DNA of 62,579 bases, the filler included. It is 8 parts of 8 records of this genome, joined end to end, with 100 filler letters (N's around TTAATTAATTAA, not from the genome) between each part and the next. Parts side by side here need not be neighbours in the genome. Positions count along the whole stretch, not along the records: positions 5,355 to 16,745 come from SRR31147125_48291; positions 16,846 to 22,210 come from SRR31147125_48298; 6 more parts are not named here. One strand, given 5' to 3'. Below are positions 11,066 to 19,915 of this stretch, piece by piece. Under the pieces are notes generated by a model, which was given only the letters and a program-made list of their open reading frames with translations, was not told the origin of the DNA and ran no database searches. How positions within the stretch are numbered: position 1 is the first letter of the stretch; every line of letters starts with the position of its first letter. A program made the translations under genes and the position numbers.

Positions 11066-12181
11066 ATGGAATTAATAATTATTATAACAATTCCTCTGAT
11101 TCTGCTAGGGCTGGAAAGTTTTTTTAATTATAGAAATTTAAAAAAAATACCGATCCGCATTCTAGTAAATGGCACTAGAGGAAAAACAACAGTTACAAAA
11201 CTTCTCACAAAAACATTTCAATCTTATGGAATATCAACTATAGCAAAAACCACAGGTTCACAGGCCCTTATTATAGAAAAAGATGGTAAAGTATTACCAT
11301 TTATAAGAAAGAGAGGTTTTAGACTTACTGAGTTAATACCTTTTATTAGGCATTGTGCTCATGAAAATGTAGATTGTATTATTGTTGAATGTATGGCTTT
11401 AAGATTGGAAAATCAGAAAACACTATCAAAAAGTATTTTAAAACCAACGCATGTTCTCATTACAAATTCTTATGTGGATCATATAGATGAAATTGGTAAT
11501 TCAATTGATAAAACCACATATACATTAAGTCAAAGTGTTATAAAAAATAGTAAACTTTTTGTAAACCAAGATTTTAATCTGAAATACATCTCAAAGGAAA
11601 TACAGGTTACTAAGAGTATGAAACTTGAGTCCTTAAAAAATTTTTCTGATAATATTAAATCTTATCCTGAGAATATTTATTTAGCTTCTTCCGTAGTAGA
11701 AAGCTTCAATATCCCTATGGAACTTCTGGAAAAAGCATCACATTCTATGAGTTTAGATATCGGTATGTATCAAAAATTTGATTGTAAAAATGGTGCGGTG
11801 TTTATTCCATCTTTTTCGATTAATGATGTTACAAGTTTAAAAAATACAATAGAAAAAATGAATATTGATACGTATAGTTCAATTTATTTTATCTTTAATA
11901 ATCGAAGAGATAGGGAATATAGAGTTTCTCAATTTACAAAATTCTTTAAAGATTTAGAATTTCCAATGAATATAATTGTTATTGGTGAAAATATAAAAAT
12001 GATATCAAGATATTTCAGAAAAAATACCCAACAACATGTTCGAGCTGTTAATGAAATTAATATTTTGAATCAAATGATGGATAATAGTAATAATGAATGT
12101 ATATATATTGGGGTTGGGAATATTAAGGGACAAGGTGTGAAATTAATAAATAATTTTATTGATGAGCTTCATGCAAAATGA
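11066..12181 (+). CDS. pgsB: Poly-gamma-glutamate synthase PgsB/CapB (Mur-ligase-like)
   Basis: N-terminal TM; IPIRILVNGTRGKTT P-loop, AKTTGS, ECMAL, TNSYVDH, NNRRDREYR, GVGNIKG; adjacent to pgsC. ATG 11066 preferred because GTG 11039 lies inside the terminator. Confidence 0.88.
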   Translation: MELIIIITIPLILLGLESFFNYRNLKKIPIRILVNGTRGKTTVTKLLTKTFQSYGISTIAKTTGSQALIIEKDGKVLPFIRKRGFRLTELIPFIRHCAHENVDCIIVECMALRLENQKTLSKSILKPTHVLITNSYVDHIDEIGNSIDKTTYTLSQSVIKNSKLFVNQDFNLKYISKEIQVTKSMKLESLKNFSDNIKSYPENIYLASSVVESFNIPMELLEKASHSMSLDIGMYQKFDCKNGAVFIPSFSINDVTSLKNTIEKMNIDTYSSIYFIFNNRRDREYRVSQFTKFFKDLEFPMNIIVIGENIKMISRYFRKNTQQHVRAVNEINILNQMMDNSNNECIYIGVGNIKGQGVKLINNFIDELHAK

Positions 12182-12196
12182 CAAGATTAAGAGCCA

Positions 12197-12661
12197 ATGG
12201 AATATATTGGCTCGATGATAAGGGATAATATGTTACAAACTGCTATTGGCTTAAGTATAATTTTTGGATTTATGTGTAATGAATTTCTCTATATTCTATC
12301 TGGAGGTTTAGTATCTGCGGGATACCTTGCTTTTTTCATAGAGCAGCCTTTTCGCATAATTTCAACATCATTATTATCTATCTTAACTTATTTAATAGTA
12401 AGAATTCTGCAAAAGTTTTTCATAATATACGGAAGACGACGTTTTATGATAACGGTTCTTATTAGTTTACTTGCTTCATATTTTATTAATCGTACATTTT
12501 TTTATTTTTCCGCTGTTGATCAGGATATGAGAATAATAGGATTTATAATTCCAGGATTAATTGCCAATGATATGTTGAAACAAGGTGTCTTTAAAACACT
12601 AATAATTGTCTATCTATTAGCAATTCTTATTAGATTGATAATAATGATAGGTATTATTTAA
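12197..12661 (+). CDS. pgsC: Poly-gamma-glutamate biosynthesis protein PgsC/CapC
   Basis: GGLVSAGYLA, IIYGRRRF, IGFIIPGLIANDMLKQG. Confidence 0.92.
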   Translation: MEYIGSMIRDNMLQTAIGLSIIFGFMCNEFLYILSGGLVSAGYLAFFIEQPFRIISTSLLSILTYLIVRILQKFFIIYGRRRFMITVLISLLASYFINRTFFYFSAVDQDMRIIGFIIPGLIANDMLKQGVFKTLIIVYLLAILIRLIIMIGII

Positions 12662-13760
12662 TGTATAAAAATGAAAAAATAGATTTTATCTATTTAATTA
12701 TTGCTTTTGTAATTCTCCTTATTGGATCTTTCTTGGTTTTTAAAACAAAAATAAGAAACGATAATGAGTATAGTTTATTACAATTGCAAGCATCACAAAT
12801 CATGGAAGATTCTGAAAATTTTATTAAATATTATATGGAAGATAATGATTTTGAATTTGATGTAGAGGACATAAATAATACGGGGTTAATTGGTCCTGAA
12901 TGGAGTGAATTAACTTCAACTCCAGGACATATCGATGCAAAAGAACTTCGTTGAACCCTAATTTTGCAGCACTGATGATTCATTATTTTAATCAAGCTGG
13001 ATTAAAAAAAGGAGATACTATTGCTATTGGAAGCAGTGGATCTTTTCCAGGATTGTTAATAGCTACACTTTGTGCCTGTAAAGTAATGAATATTAATGCA
13101 AATATAATCATCTCTTTTGGATCTTCTATGTATGGCGCTACTCGTCCGTCTTTAAATATTGCAACAATTATTAATTTATTGAAAAACGAGGGTTTTGTTG
13201 ATTTTAATCTTTTAGCGGTGTCTCCGGGTGGTAAAAACGATTATGGGGTTGGTATTCTCGAAGATATCTTATATAGCGGAACAAGAGAAACCGTATTGCA
13301 GCTTTGTAAAGAAGAAAACGTTGAGATAATTGATGTTAATAACATAGAACAAAGTATACAAAAGCGACTTTCTTTATTTGGAGATAATCCATCGATGTTT
13401 GTAAATATAGGAGGAGCCAGTGCCAATATGGGAACAAGCGCGTATACTCTTGATTTTCCACAAGGTCTAGTTTTAAATCCACCCAGGATTCCAATCTACA
13501 AAACAAGAGGATTAACATATGAGTATGCCGCAAGAGGAATCCCTGTCTTAAATTTATTAAACGTTAGAAAATTAGCAACTGAAAATGGATTACCGTATGA
13601 TCCTGTCCCTCTTCCTAAAGCCGGCGAAGGTGATATTTATTTTACATTTATGTATAATAAGATTCTCATATTAGCAACAATCCTATTAAGTCTTTTAACT
13701 GTTATTATGGGATATTGTATAAAAAGATGGCGTAGAAAAAGTTTGAAGTTTGAAATTTGA
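12661..13760 (+). CDS. pgsW: Poly-gamma-glutamate system protein (PgsW-like); split by a probable 1-nt error in the A run at 12939-12942
   Basis: DINNTGLIGPEWSELTSTPG; adding one A restores AKRTSLNPNFAA; SSGSFPG, GSSMYGA, FVNIGG; N- and C-terminal TMs; ATG overlaps the pgsC stop. Confidence 0.85.
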
Positions 13761-13963
13761 AATTAGATTGAGATAGGTTATGAGTATCCCCATACTATGG
13801 GTTAACGAAAACCATGTAGGCGGGATATAAGATCAGCCCTGTTATTATGACCAGAATCCAGAATATGTATGTTGGATGTTAAAGTTAATCAGTTTTCACT
13901 GTGAAAGAATGCGATTCACCCGCTGTCTGGATAAAAAAAACCATTTCCTGTATAACCTTACTC

Positions 13964-14728
13964 ATGGGTGATATAAACATTTTACTGCTGCTGGGATTCA
14001 TGCTCTGGGGAATATTCGTTGGAACTATCGTTGGTTTTACCGCGGTCGGAACGGGATTGGTTGGAGTAACCGGTCTCATGATAATCTTTGGAGTGGAGCC
14101 CCTGATTGCCGTGGGATCGATGGGAGTCTCCGGGTTCTTCCTCATGTTGTCAGGAACAATACAGCATAGGCGTAATGGAAATATCCACATTCCGGTGGCA
14201 ATGATGACAGCCGTGACGGCTATCCCCATGTCATACATTACGGCAATGTTTGCCGAAACAATCAACGAAATCATCCCGCTCACCTATATAATCGGCGGAA
14301 TAATTATACTATCTGTTATTCTGCTCTTTTATCGCTATTTTATTCGGAAAAGCGTGAATAAAGATTTCGAGTTCGTGGCCTGGAAAAAAGTAGCCGCACC
14401 GCTAATGGGAATCGTACTTGGTGGATTGATGGGTATTACCAGCATCAGCGGATCAATACTGGTGGTCATGTTCCTGCTGGTGCTGCATATGCCAGCGGCT
14501 CTGGCTGTTGGAACAACAAGTGCGGTTAGCGCTGTTTCTCTGTTTGTGGCGGGGATTGCGCATATACAAGGCGGTAATGTGGATCTAGGTGTGGTACTGG
14601 GACTTATTCCCGGTGTTTTGCTGGGAGCCGCGGTTGGCGCACGCTATTCAAACCGTGTACCGGTCAATGTCCTGAGAATCGGAATATTAGTAATCCTGCT
14701 GGCTGCGGGAGTCATGGTGTTTCTTTAG
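13964..14728 (+). CDS. TauE/SafE (sulfite exporter) family permease
   Basis: Two repeats of Gly-rich TM hairpins (GTIVGFTAVGTG; GGLMGITSISG), AVGTTS, GAAVGA. Confidence 0.85.
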   Translation: MGDINILLLLGFMLWGIFVGTIVGFTAVGTGLVGVTGLMIIFGVEPLIAVGSMGVSGFFLMLSGTIQHRRNGNIHIPVAMMTAVTAIPMSYITAMFAETINEIIPLTYIIGGIIILSVILLFYRYFIRKSVNKDFEFVAWKKVAAPLMGIVLGGLMGITSISGSILVVMFLLVLHMPAALAVGTTSAVSAVSLFVAGIAHIQGGNVDLGVVLGLIPGVLLGAAVGARYSNRVPVNVLRIGILVILLAAGVMVFL

Positions 14729-14752
14729 AATCCATTATGTAATATCCATTAT

Positions 14753-15871
14753 CTAGAGGATCTTTCCTGCAATATCTTCAGGGGAAGGCGGACACCCCGG
14801 CACAAACCGGGTAAATTGAGCTGTGCAGCGGCCAATCCCAACAGCATCCTTCCATTCCCCCGAACAGCCTTTTTTGCGGAAAGCTCTTCCAATGGCAAAA
14901 TGCCTGTTATCAGCAGTCAATTCAGGATATTCCCGTAAAGCGGCAATCAGGGCCGCGTAGCATGATGAGCAGGCATCCTGTTCATCAATCAGATTTGATA
15001 GAGTTTCCAACATCGGATCACGTTCAGCACCGACAGAATCATCGGAAGGAGTATTAATTTCCAGAATTTGATTCATCTCCCCAGACCAGATTTCACCAAC
15101 CCCCAGTTCAGCACAACGACCGATATAACCGATATCAGAGTAGTCGAGTTGAATCTGTGTACAGGCATAGCTGTCCAGCAGGACCGGATCATGGGAGCAA
15201 AGGATTCTATTGAGGGACGAAGGTGATCCACCCTCCTCAAAGGTAGGATCCCCGCATATACCGTCCATTACAATAAAATCCTGTTTGATTACGGTATTCA
15301 GCCGTGCGATGGGTTCATGCAGCCCTTTGGAATGATATCGTCTTTTTTCGGAATCAGGGATACATCCCTTCATATTTTTCAGGGATCCGGTGTAATAGGT
15401 CTGACAATGTCCTTTCAGGACGGGAACATTAATGAAAAAATCCAGATCCTGCATAATATCACACACGGTAAGCGAATAGCCGTCAGCGGAAACTTTATGA
15501 ACGGAATCTTTTTGTGTATCCATCAATCGGACATTATATCTGTTAGCAAGCTCCTCATAACCGCAGACCCGAAACGCTGCCGTAGTCCGGTCGCCCACCC
15601 AGGCCCCTTCGAGTATAATGATGTTGTCATACCCTAATGACTGCAGATACTGAATAATTCCTTCAACAATTTCCGGATGTGTCGTAGCCCCCGAACTTGC
15701 CGGCTTGGAAACGACCAGATTGGGTTTCAGGCCGATCAAGCTGCCGCGGTCTGCTGGCAGACGGTCCTTGAGTGATACGGTTTCCAGCAGGTTGATGGTC
15801 ATCTTCTGCAGGGATTGTGTATCATTGGTGCGATAGAGAACGGCTATAGGACGATCAGGTATGGTATTCAT
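14753..15871 (-). CDS. DUF362 domain protein with a C-terminal Cys-rich (probable Fe-S) region
   Basis: LKPNLV, ATTHP, VPVLKGH, LKNMKG; C-terminal CSSC, GIGRC and GCPP. Confidence 0.85.
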   Translation of the reverse strand: MNTIPDRPIAVLYRTNDTQSLQKMTINLLETVSLKDRLPADRGSLIGLKPNLVVSKPASSGATTHPEIVEGIIQYLQSLGYDNIIILEGAWVGDRTTAAFRVCGYEELANRYNVRLMDTQKDSVHKVSADGYSLTVCDIMQDLDFFINVPVLKGHCQTYYTGSLKNMKGCIPDSEKRRYHSKGLHEPIARLNTVIKQDFIVMDGICGDPTFEEGGSPSSLNRILCSHDPVLLDSYACTQIQLDYSDIGYIGRCAELGVGEIWSGEMNQILEINTPSDDSVGAERDPMLETLSNLIDEQDACSSCYAALIAALREYPELTADNRHFAIGRAFRKKGCSGEWKDAVGIGRCTAQFTRFVPGCPPSPEDIAGKIL

Positions 15872-15884
15872 AGTTCAACTCCGA

Positions 15885-16745
15885 TCAGCCGTGTAAAAAA
15901 TCTTGATAATAACGATAACTCGCTTTGGGGATACGTTCCAACGTTTCGTAGTCGCAGTAAACAATCCCAAAGCGGCGTGAATATCCGAATGACCATTCGA
16001 AATTGTCGATAAAACTCCAGACAAAGTATCCTTTAAGGGGGATTCCGTTCTGGACAGCTTTCTCACATATCCCAAGGTGATCTTTGAGATAGGCAACCCG
16101 ATCGGGGTCTGGGACAGTTCTGTTACCACTGCCGGTTATCTCAATTGCATCATGCCAGGCTGAACCGTTTTCGGTAATGTATATCGGGAGACCAGGACAC
16201 TCCCCGGCCAGCCAGGCCAGCAGGCGATAGAGGCCATCAGGGGTGATATCCCAGCCCATAGCGGTTTTCGGCAGATCAGTTTGATAGATTCTGTATTCTT
16301 CATCAGCGTTCTTTTCGTATTCAACTACCGTTTCATTATAAAAATTGATGCCCAGAAAATCTATTTTCCCGGAAATCAATTCCATATCACCAGGTTCTAT
16401 CGGCAGCTCAATATCAGGATGCGCGTCCAGATGTCTTTTTGGATACCCTTTTCCCACAACCGGATCAAGATACATCCGCGTTTGGAAATCGGTTGCCCGG
16501 TCTGCGGCCAGAATATCCTGCGCTGAATCAGTCAGTGGTTTGTAGAGAGATAAGTTCAGGGTGGTTCCGATCGTTCCGGGATAACCTCCGTTCCGGAATT
16601 TCTTCAGGGCCAGTCCATGGGCAAGGTTCAGGATATGGATTGATGAATACATGCGCTGCTTATCTTTAATTCCCGGTGCGTGAATACCAATACCGTAACC
16701 GAGAAACGATGAACAAAATGGTTCATTCAGGGTTATCCAGTTTTT
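15885..16745 (-). CDS. GH1 beta-glucosidase, 5'-truncated at the contig end
   Basis: Frame is open upstream of the listed ORF (NWITLNEP, acid/base); YITENG nucleophile; DNFEW..GY..RFG. Confidence 0.93.
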   Translation of the reverse strand, partial: KNWITLNEPFCSSFLGYGIGIHAPGIKDKQRMYSSIHILNLAHGLALKKFRNGGYPGTIGTTLNLSLYKPLTDSAQDILAADRATDFQTRMYLDPVVGKGYPKRHLDAHPDIELPIEPGDMELISGKIDFLGINFYNETVVEYEKNADEEYRIYQTDLPKTAMGWDITPDGLYRLLAWLAGECPGLPIYITENGSAWHDAIEITGSGNRTVPDPDRVAYLKDHLGICEKAVQNGIPLKGYFVWSFIDNFEWSFGYSRRFGIVYCDYETLERIPKASYRYYQDFLHG

Positions 16746-16845
16746 NNNNNNNNNNNNNNNNNNNNNNNNNNNNNNNNNNNNNNNNNNNNTTAATTAATTA
16801 ANNNNNNNNNNNNNNNNNNNNNNNNNNNNNNNNNNNNNNNNNNNN
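16746..16845. other. Artificial contig spacer
   Basis: N-run + TTAATTAATTAA + N-run. Confidence 0.99.
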
Positions 16846-17139
16846 TCAGGTGGCCTGACATGGCCGTTATACAAAAAAGATCGGTTGTTAATATCGTTTT
16901 AGAATTGAGAAATAAGGAAATCGTCTGAAATAACGGCATCCTTCATGTGCCCTCCACTCTACTTTACACATTTTTGGGTGAGATTCCGAATAACGTGAGG
17001 CGTCTCATGAAACGTGTAAACAGCAAATAAAGCATGCCGAAATAACTTACCAAAAATCCCCTTCTTTTCATTCATGGAGAGGGGTGAGAAAATGGGTAAG
17101 TTTTACCGATTCCTCAGTAATGATTTCAAGGGAGTTATT

Positions 17140-18048
17140 ATGGATCTTATAGGTAAGTTGAAAAAAGGGTTGAGCAAAACAAGAGACATTTTATTAACGG
17201 ATGTCAATGAGCTCTTTTCCATGGACAGGAAAATTGATGACACGCTTTTTGAGGAGTTGGAAGAGGTGCTGGTCATGTCGGACCTCGGCATTGACATTAC
17301 CATGGAAATTATGGAAAAAGTGATCAAAAAATCAAGGTCTCTTTCAACGGCGGATGAGCTGAAAGAGGTGTTTAAAGGGGAACTGAAGGCTCTTTTTCCG
17401 GATCATACAAAAGAGGCGTCGCCGGCTCAGCAGCAAAAACCACAAGTGATCATGATGGTGGGTGTCAACGGTACCGGTAAAACCACAACCCTTGGAAAAC
17501 TTGCCATGAAATATAAAGCGCAAGGTAAAAAGGTGTTGATTGCCGCAGCAGATACCTTTCGGGCTGCTGCCATTGAACAGGTGGAGATTTGGGCGGATCG
17601 TTCCGAGGCCTCTCTTGTAAAGCACAAAGCCGGTGCCGATCCGGCGGCTGTTGCTTTTGACGGGGTGGAAGCGGGGATGGCAAGGGGCATGGATGTTGTG
17701 CTGATCGATACGGCAGGAAGGTTGCACACCCAGAAAAATTTAATGGAAGAGTTGAAGAAAATCAAACGTTCCGTATCCAAACGGCTGCCGGGGGCCCCCC
17801 ATGATGTGTTGATGGTGCTCGATGCCACAACAGGTCAGAATGCCCTATCCCAGGCAAAACTGTTCAATGAGGCGGTGGGTATCACCTCCCTTGCTTTGAC
17901 AAAGCTGGATGGAACGGCCAAAGGGGGAATCGTTGCGGCGGTGGCGAAAAGTATGGATGTTCCCATTAAATATATCGGCGTCGGAGAGGCGATTGATGAT
18001 CTGCAGGATTTCGATCCGGAACTGTTTGTCAATGCACTGTTTGATTGA
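17140..18048 (+). CDS. ftsY: SRP receptor FtsY (NG domains only, no acidic A domain)
   Basis: GVNGTGKTT, DTFRAAA, DTAGR, TKLDGTAKGG; GGAG RBS before ATG 17140. Confidence 0.96.
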   Translation: MDLIGKLKKGLSKTRDILLTDVNELFSMDRKIDDTLFEELEEVLVMSDLGIDITMEIMEKVIKKSRSLSTADELKEVFKGELKALFPDHTKEASPAQQQKPQVIMMVGVNGTGKTTTLGKLAMKYKAQGKKVLIAAADTFRAAAIEQVEIWADRSEASLVKHKAGADPAAVAFDGVEAGMARGMDVVLIDTAGRLHTQKNLMEELKKIKRSVSKRLPGAPHDVLMVLDATTGQNALSQAKLFNEAVGITSLALTKLDGTAKGGIVAAVAKSMDVPIKYIGVGEAIDDLQDFDPELFVNALFD

Positions 18049-18082
18049 GATGAAACGTGAAGTTTAGTGAAGGGAGATTATC

Positions 18083-18550
18083 ATGGCAGTAATCGTTCAA
18101 TATGTCGTGGTCAGGGATGGAGAAGAGAAAATGACTTTTGCCACAAAAAAAGAGGCGGATGCCTATGATAAGATGCTGGATATCGCAGATAATCTGTACC
18201 ATTTTTTTGAGGAAGAGTCGCTCCCTCTGAATGAAGAGCAGAAAGAACAGGTCTCTATGAAGTTGGCGGAGAATGCCGATACGGTTCTTAAAATCCTGAA
18301 GGGCGTCAAACTGACGAAGAAAACGGCCGCCCCATCTCAAAAGAGCGGAAAACCATCCGAAAAAGAGCAGTCCTCCGGCGCTACGGTGTCAAAGACTCAA
18401 AACATTGAAATGGACAAAGAAGGGGAGTCGAAGGGATCGAAAAACAACCCGGCATCACAAGAACTTCCGGAAGTGGAGGAGGACAGTGAGAAAAAAGTCG
18501 ACCGCCAAAGAGAGGTACCGGGCGAAAAACAGGGAAATCAAAAAGTGTAA
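18083..18550 (+). CDS. YebG-family protein with a charged low-complexity tail
   Basis: N-terminus MAVIVQYVVVRDGEEKMTFATKKEADAYDKMLDIA matches the YebG signature. Confidence 0.82.
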   Translation: MAVIVQYVVVRDGEEKMTFATKKEADAYDKMLDIADNLYHFFEEESLPLNEEQKEQVSMKLAENADTVLKILKGVKLTKKTAAPSQKSGKPSEKEQSSGATVSKTQNIEMDKEGESKGSKNNPASQELPEVEEDSEKKVDRQREVPGEKQGNQKV

Positions 18551-18570
18551 GCAGCGCAAAAATTTAAGGT

Positions 18571-18606
18571 AAAAATCCTGACCCTTCAGTCCAGGTCAGG
18601 ATTTTT
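18571..18606. terminator. Bidirectional intrinsic terminator between convergent yebG-like and ackA
   Basis: AAAAATCCTGACC-10 nt-GGTCAGGATTTTT. Confidence 0.85.
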
Positions 18607-18631
18607 TGAATTTTTACAGGTTTGAAAATGC

Positions 18632-19894
18632 TTAACTTAAAACATCAACGACATCTCTTGCAATCTGAAGCTCTTCGTTGGTGGGAACGACCCACAGTTC
18701 CACTCGGCTGTCTACCGCGTGGATGGCTTTATTCTCAGAAATACGGCCCTCGTTTTTTTCAAGATCCAATACCATTCCAAGGCCTTCCAGATTTCTACAA
18801 ACCCTTTCTCGAACGATATCATCGTTTTCACCGATACCGGCTGTGAAAATCACTCCATCCACATGGCCCAGAACGGCAGCATATGAACCGATGTACTTCC
18901 TGATCTGATAAGTAAACATATCCAAAGCAAGGGTTGCCATTTGATCGCCGTTTTCAATGGCATCATGGATATCCCGCATGTCATTCATCCCGCAGATGCC
19001 CTTCAAACCACTTTTTTTGTTGAACACGTTGTCCAACGCTTTCGGCGATAGATCCGTGTAATCCAGAAGATATTTTTGGATGGCTGGATCCATATCCCCG
19101 GTTCTGGTTCCCATCATGACTCCGGCCAGAGGCGTCATTCCCATGGAGGTATCTACACAGCGTCCCTGCTCAACTGCGCAGATGGAACACCCGTTACCGA
19201 GGTGTACGGTAATCAAGTTGAATGCGTCTTTATCTTTTCCGCCTTTTCTCAAAAGCTCAGCTGCGGTTGCTGCGACATATTTATGGGAGGTGCCGTGAAA
19301 TCCGTATCGACGGACTCGGTATTTTTCATAAAATTCGTAGGGCAGGGCATACATGAAGGCTTTGGACGGGATGGTTTGGTGGAACTCCGTGTCAAATACG
19401 GCAATGTTCGGGATTCCCGGAAAAAGCTGTTCCGCCACTTCAATTCCCGTCAGGTTGGGAGGGTTGTGAAGGGGGGCCAAGGGATTATTTTCCTCAATGG
19501 CTTTTTTCACATTTGCATCAATGAGGATGGATGAGTTGAATTTCTCTCCTCCTTGGACGACGCGATGGCCAATGGCATCGATTTCCTCTTTGTTTCCAAT
19601 GACCCCTGAATCGCTTGCAATGATCATTTCTGCGGCCAGATGCATGGCAGCGGTGTGATCGTTTATTTCCTGCTCTTTGATGAATGTTTCAGCCGGGTCT
19701 CGGGAAACGTTGCTGACGGTAAATTTTTTGTGGGTCAGTTTTCCTTTGCTGTCGCCGATTCGCTCAACAACGCCGGCAGCCATGACGGTATGTCCCTCAT
19801 TGGCATCCGCCCCTTTTGGGGGTGCATCCGTATGCATTTCGATAAGTTGATATTTCAATGAGGAACTGCCGGCGTTAATTATCAGTATTTTCAT
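18632..19894 (-). CDS. ackA: Acetate kinase
   Basis: INAGSSSLKY, GHRVVQGG, APLHNP, YGFHGTSH, HLGNG, FTAGIGEN, PTNEEL. Confidence 0.97.
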   Translation of the reverse strand: MKILIINAGSSSLKYQLIEMHTDAPPKGADANEGHTVMAAGVVERIGDSKGKLTHKKFTVSNVSRDPAETFIKEQEINDHTAAMHLAAEMIIASDSGVIGNKEEIDAIGHRVVQGGEKFNSSILIDANVKKAIEENNPLAPLHNPPNLTGIEVAEQLFPGIPNIAVFDTEFHQTIPSKAFMYALPYEFYEKYRVRRYGFHGTSHKYVAATAAELLRKGGKDKDAFNLITVHLGNGCSICAVEQGRCVDTSMGMTPLAGVMMGTRTGDMDPAIQKYLLDYTDLSPKALDNVFNKKSGLKGICGMNDMRDIHDAIENGDQMATLALDMFTYQIRKYIGSYAAVLGHVDGVIFTAGIGENDDIVRERVCRNLEGLGMVLDLEKNEGRISENKAIHAVDSRVELWVVPTNEELQIARDVVDVLS

Positions 19895-19915
19895 TTCTTA
19901 TACTTTTCCGTTATT

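Noticed and set aside
12661-13760. pgsW as two genes or a programmed frameshift
   Set aside because: One extra A in a 4-A run restores a continuous AKRTSLNPNFAA sequence; there is no slippery heptamer, and the same error type occurs throughout the window.
16846-16946. Minus-strand gene start with a GGAGG RBS diverging from ftsY
   Set aside because: The RBS-linked frame stops after 15 codons and the alternative frame has no recognisable motif before the contig ends; it cannot be called.
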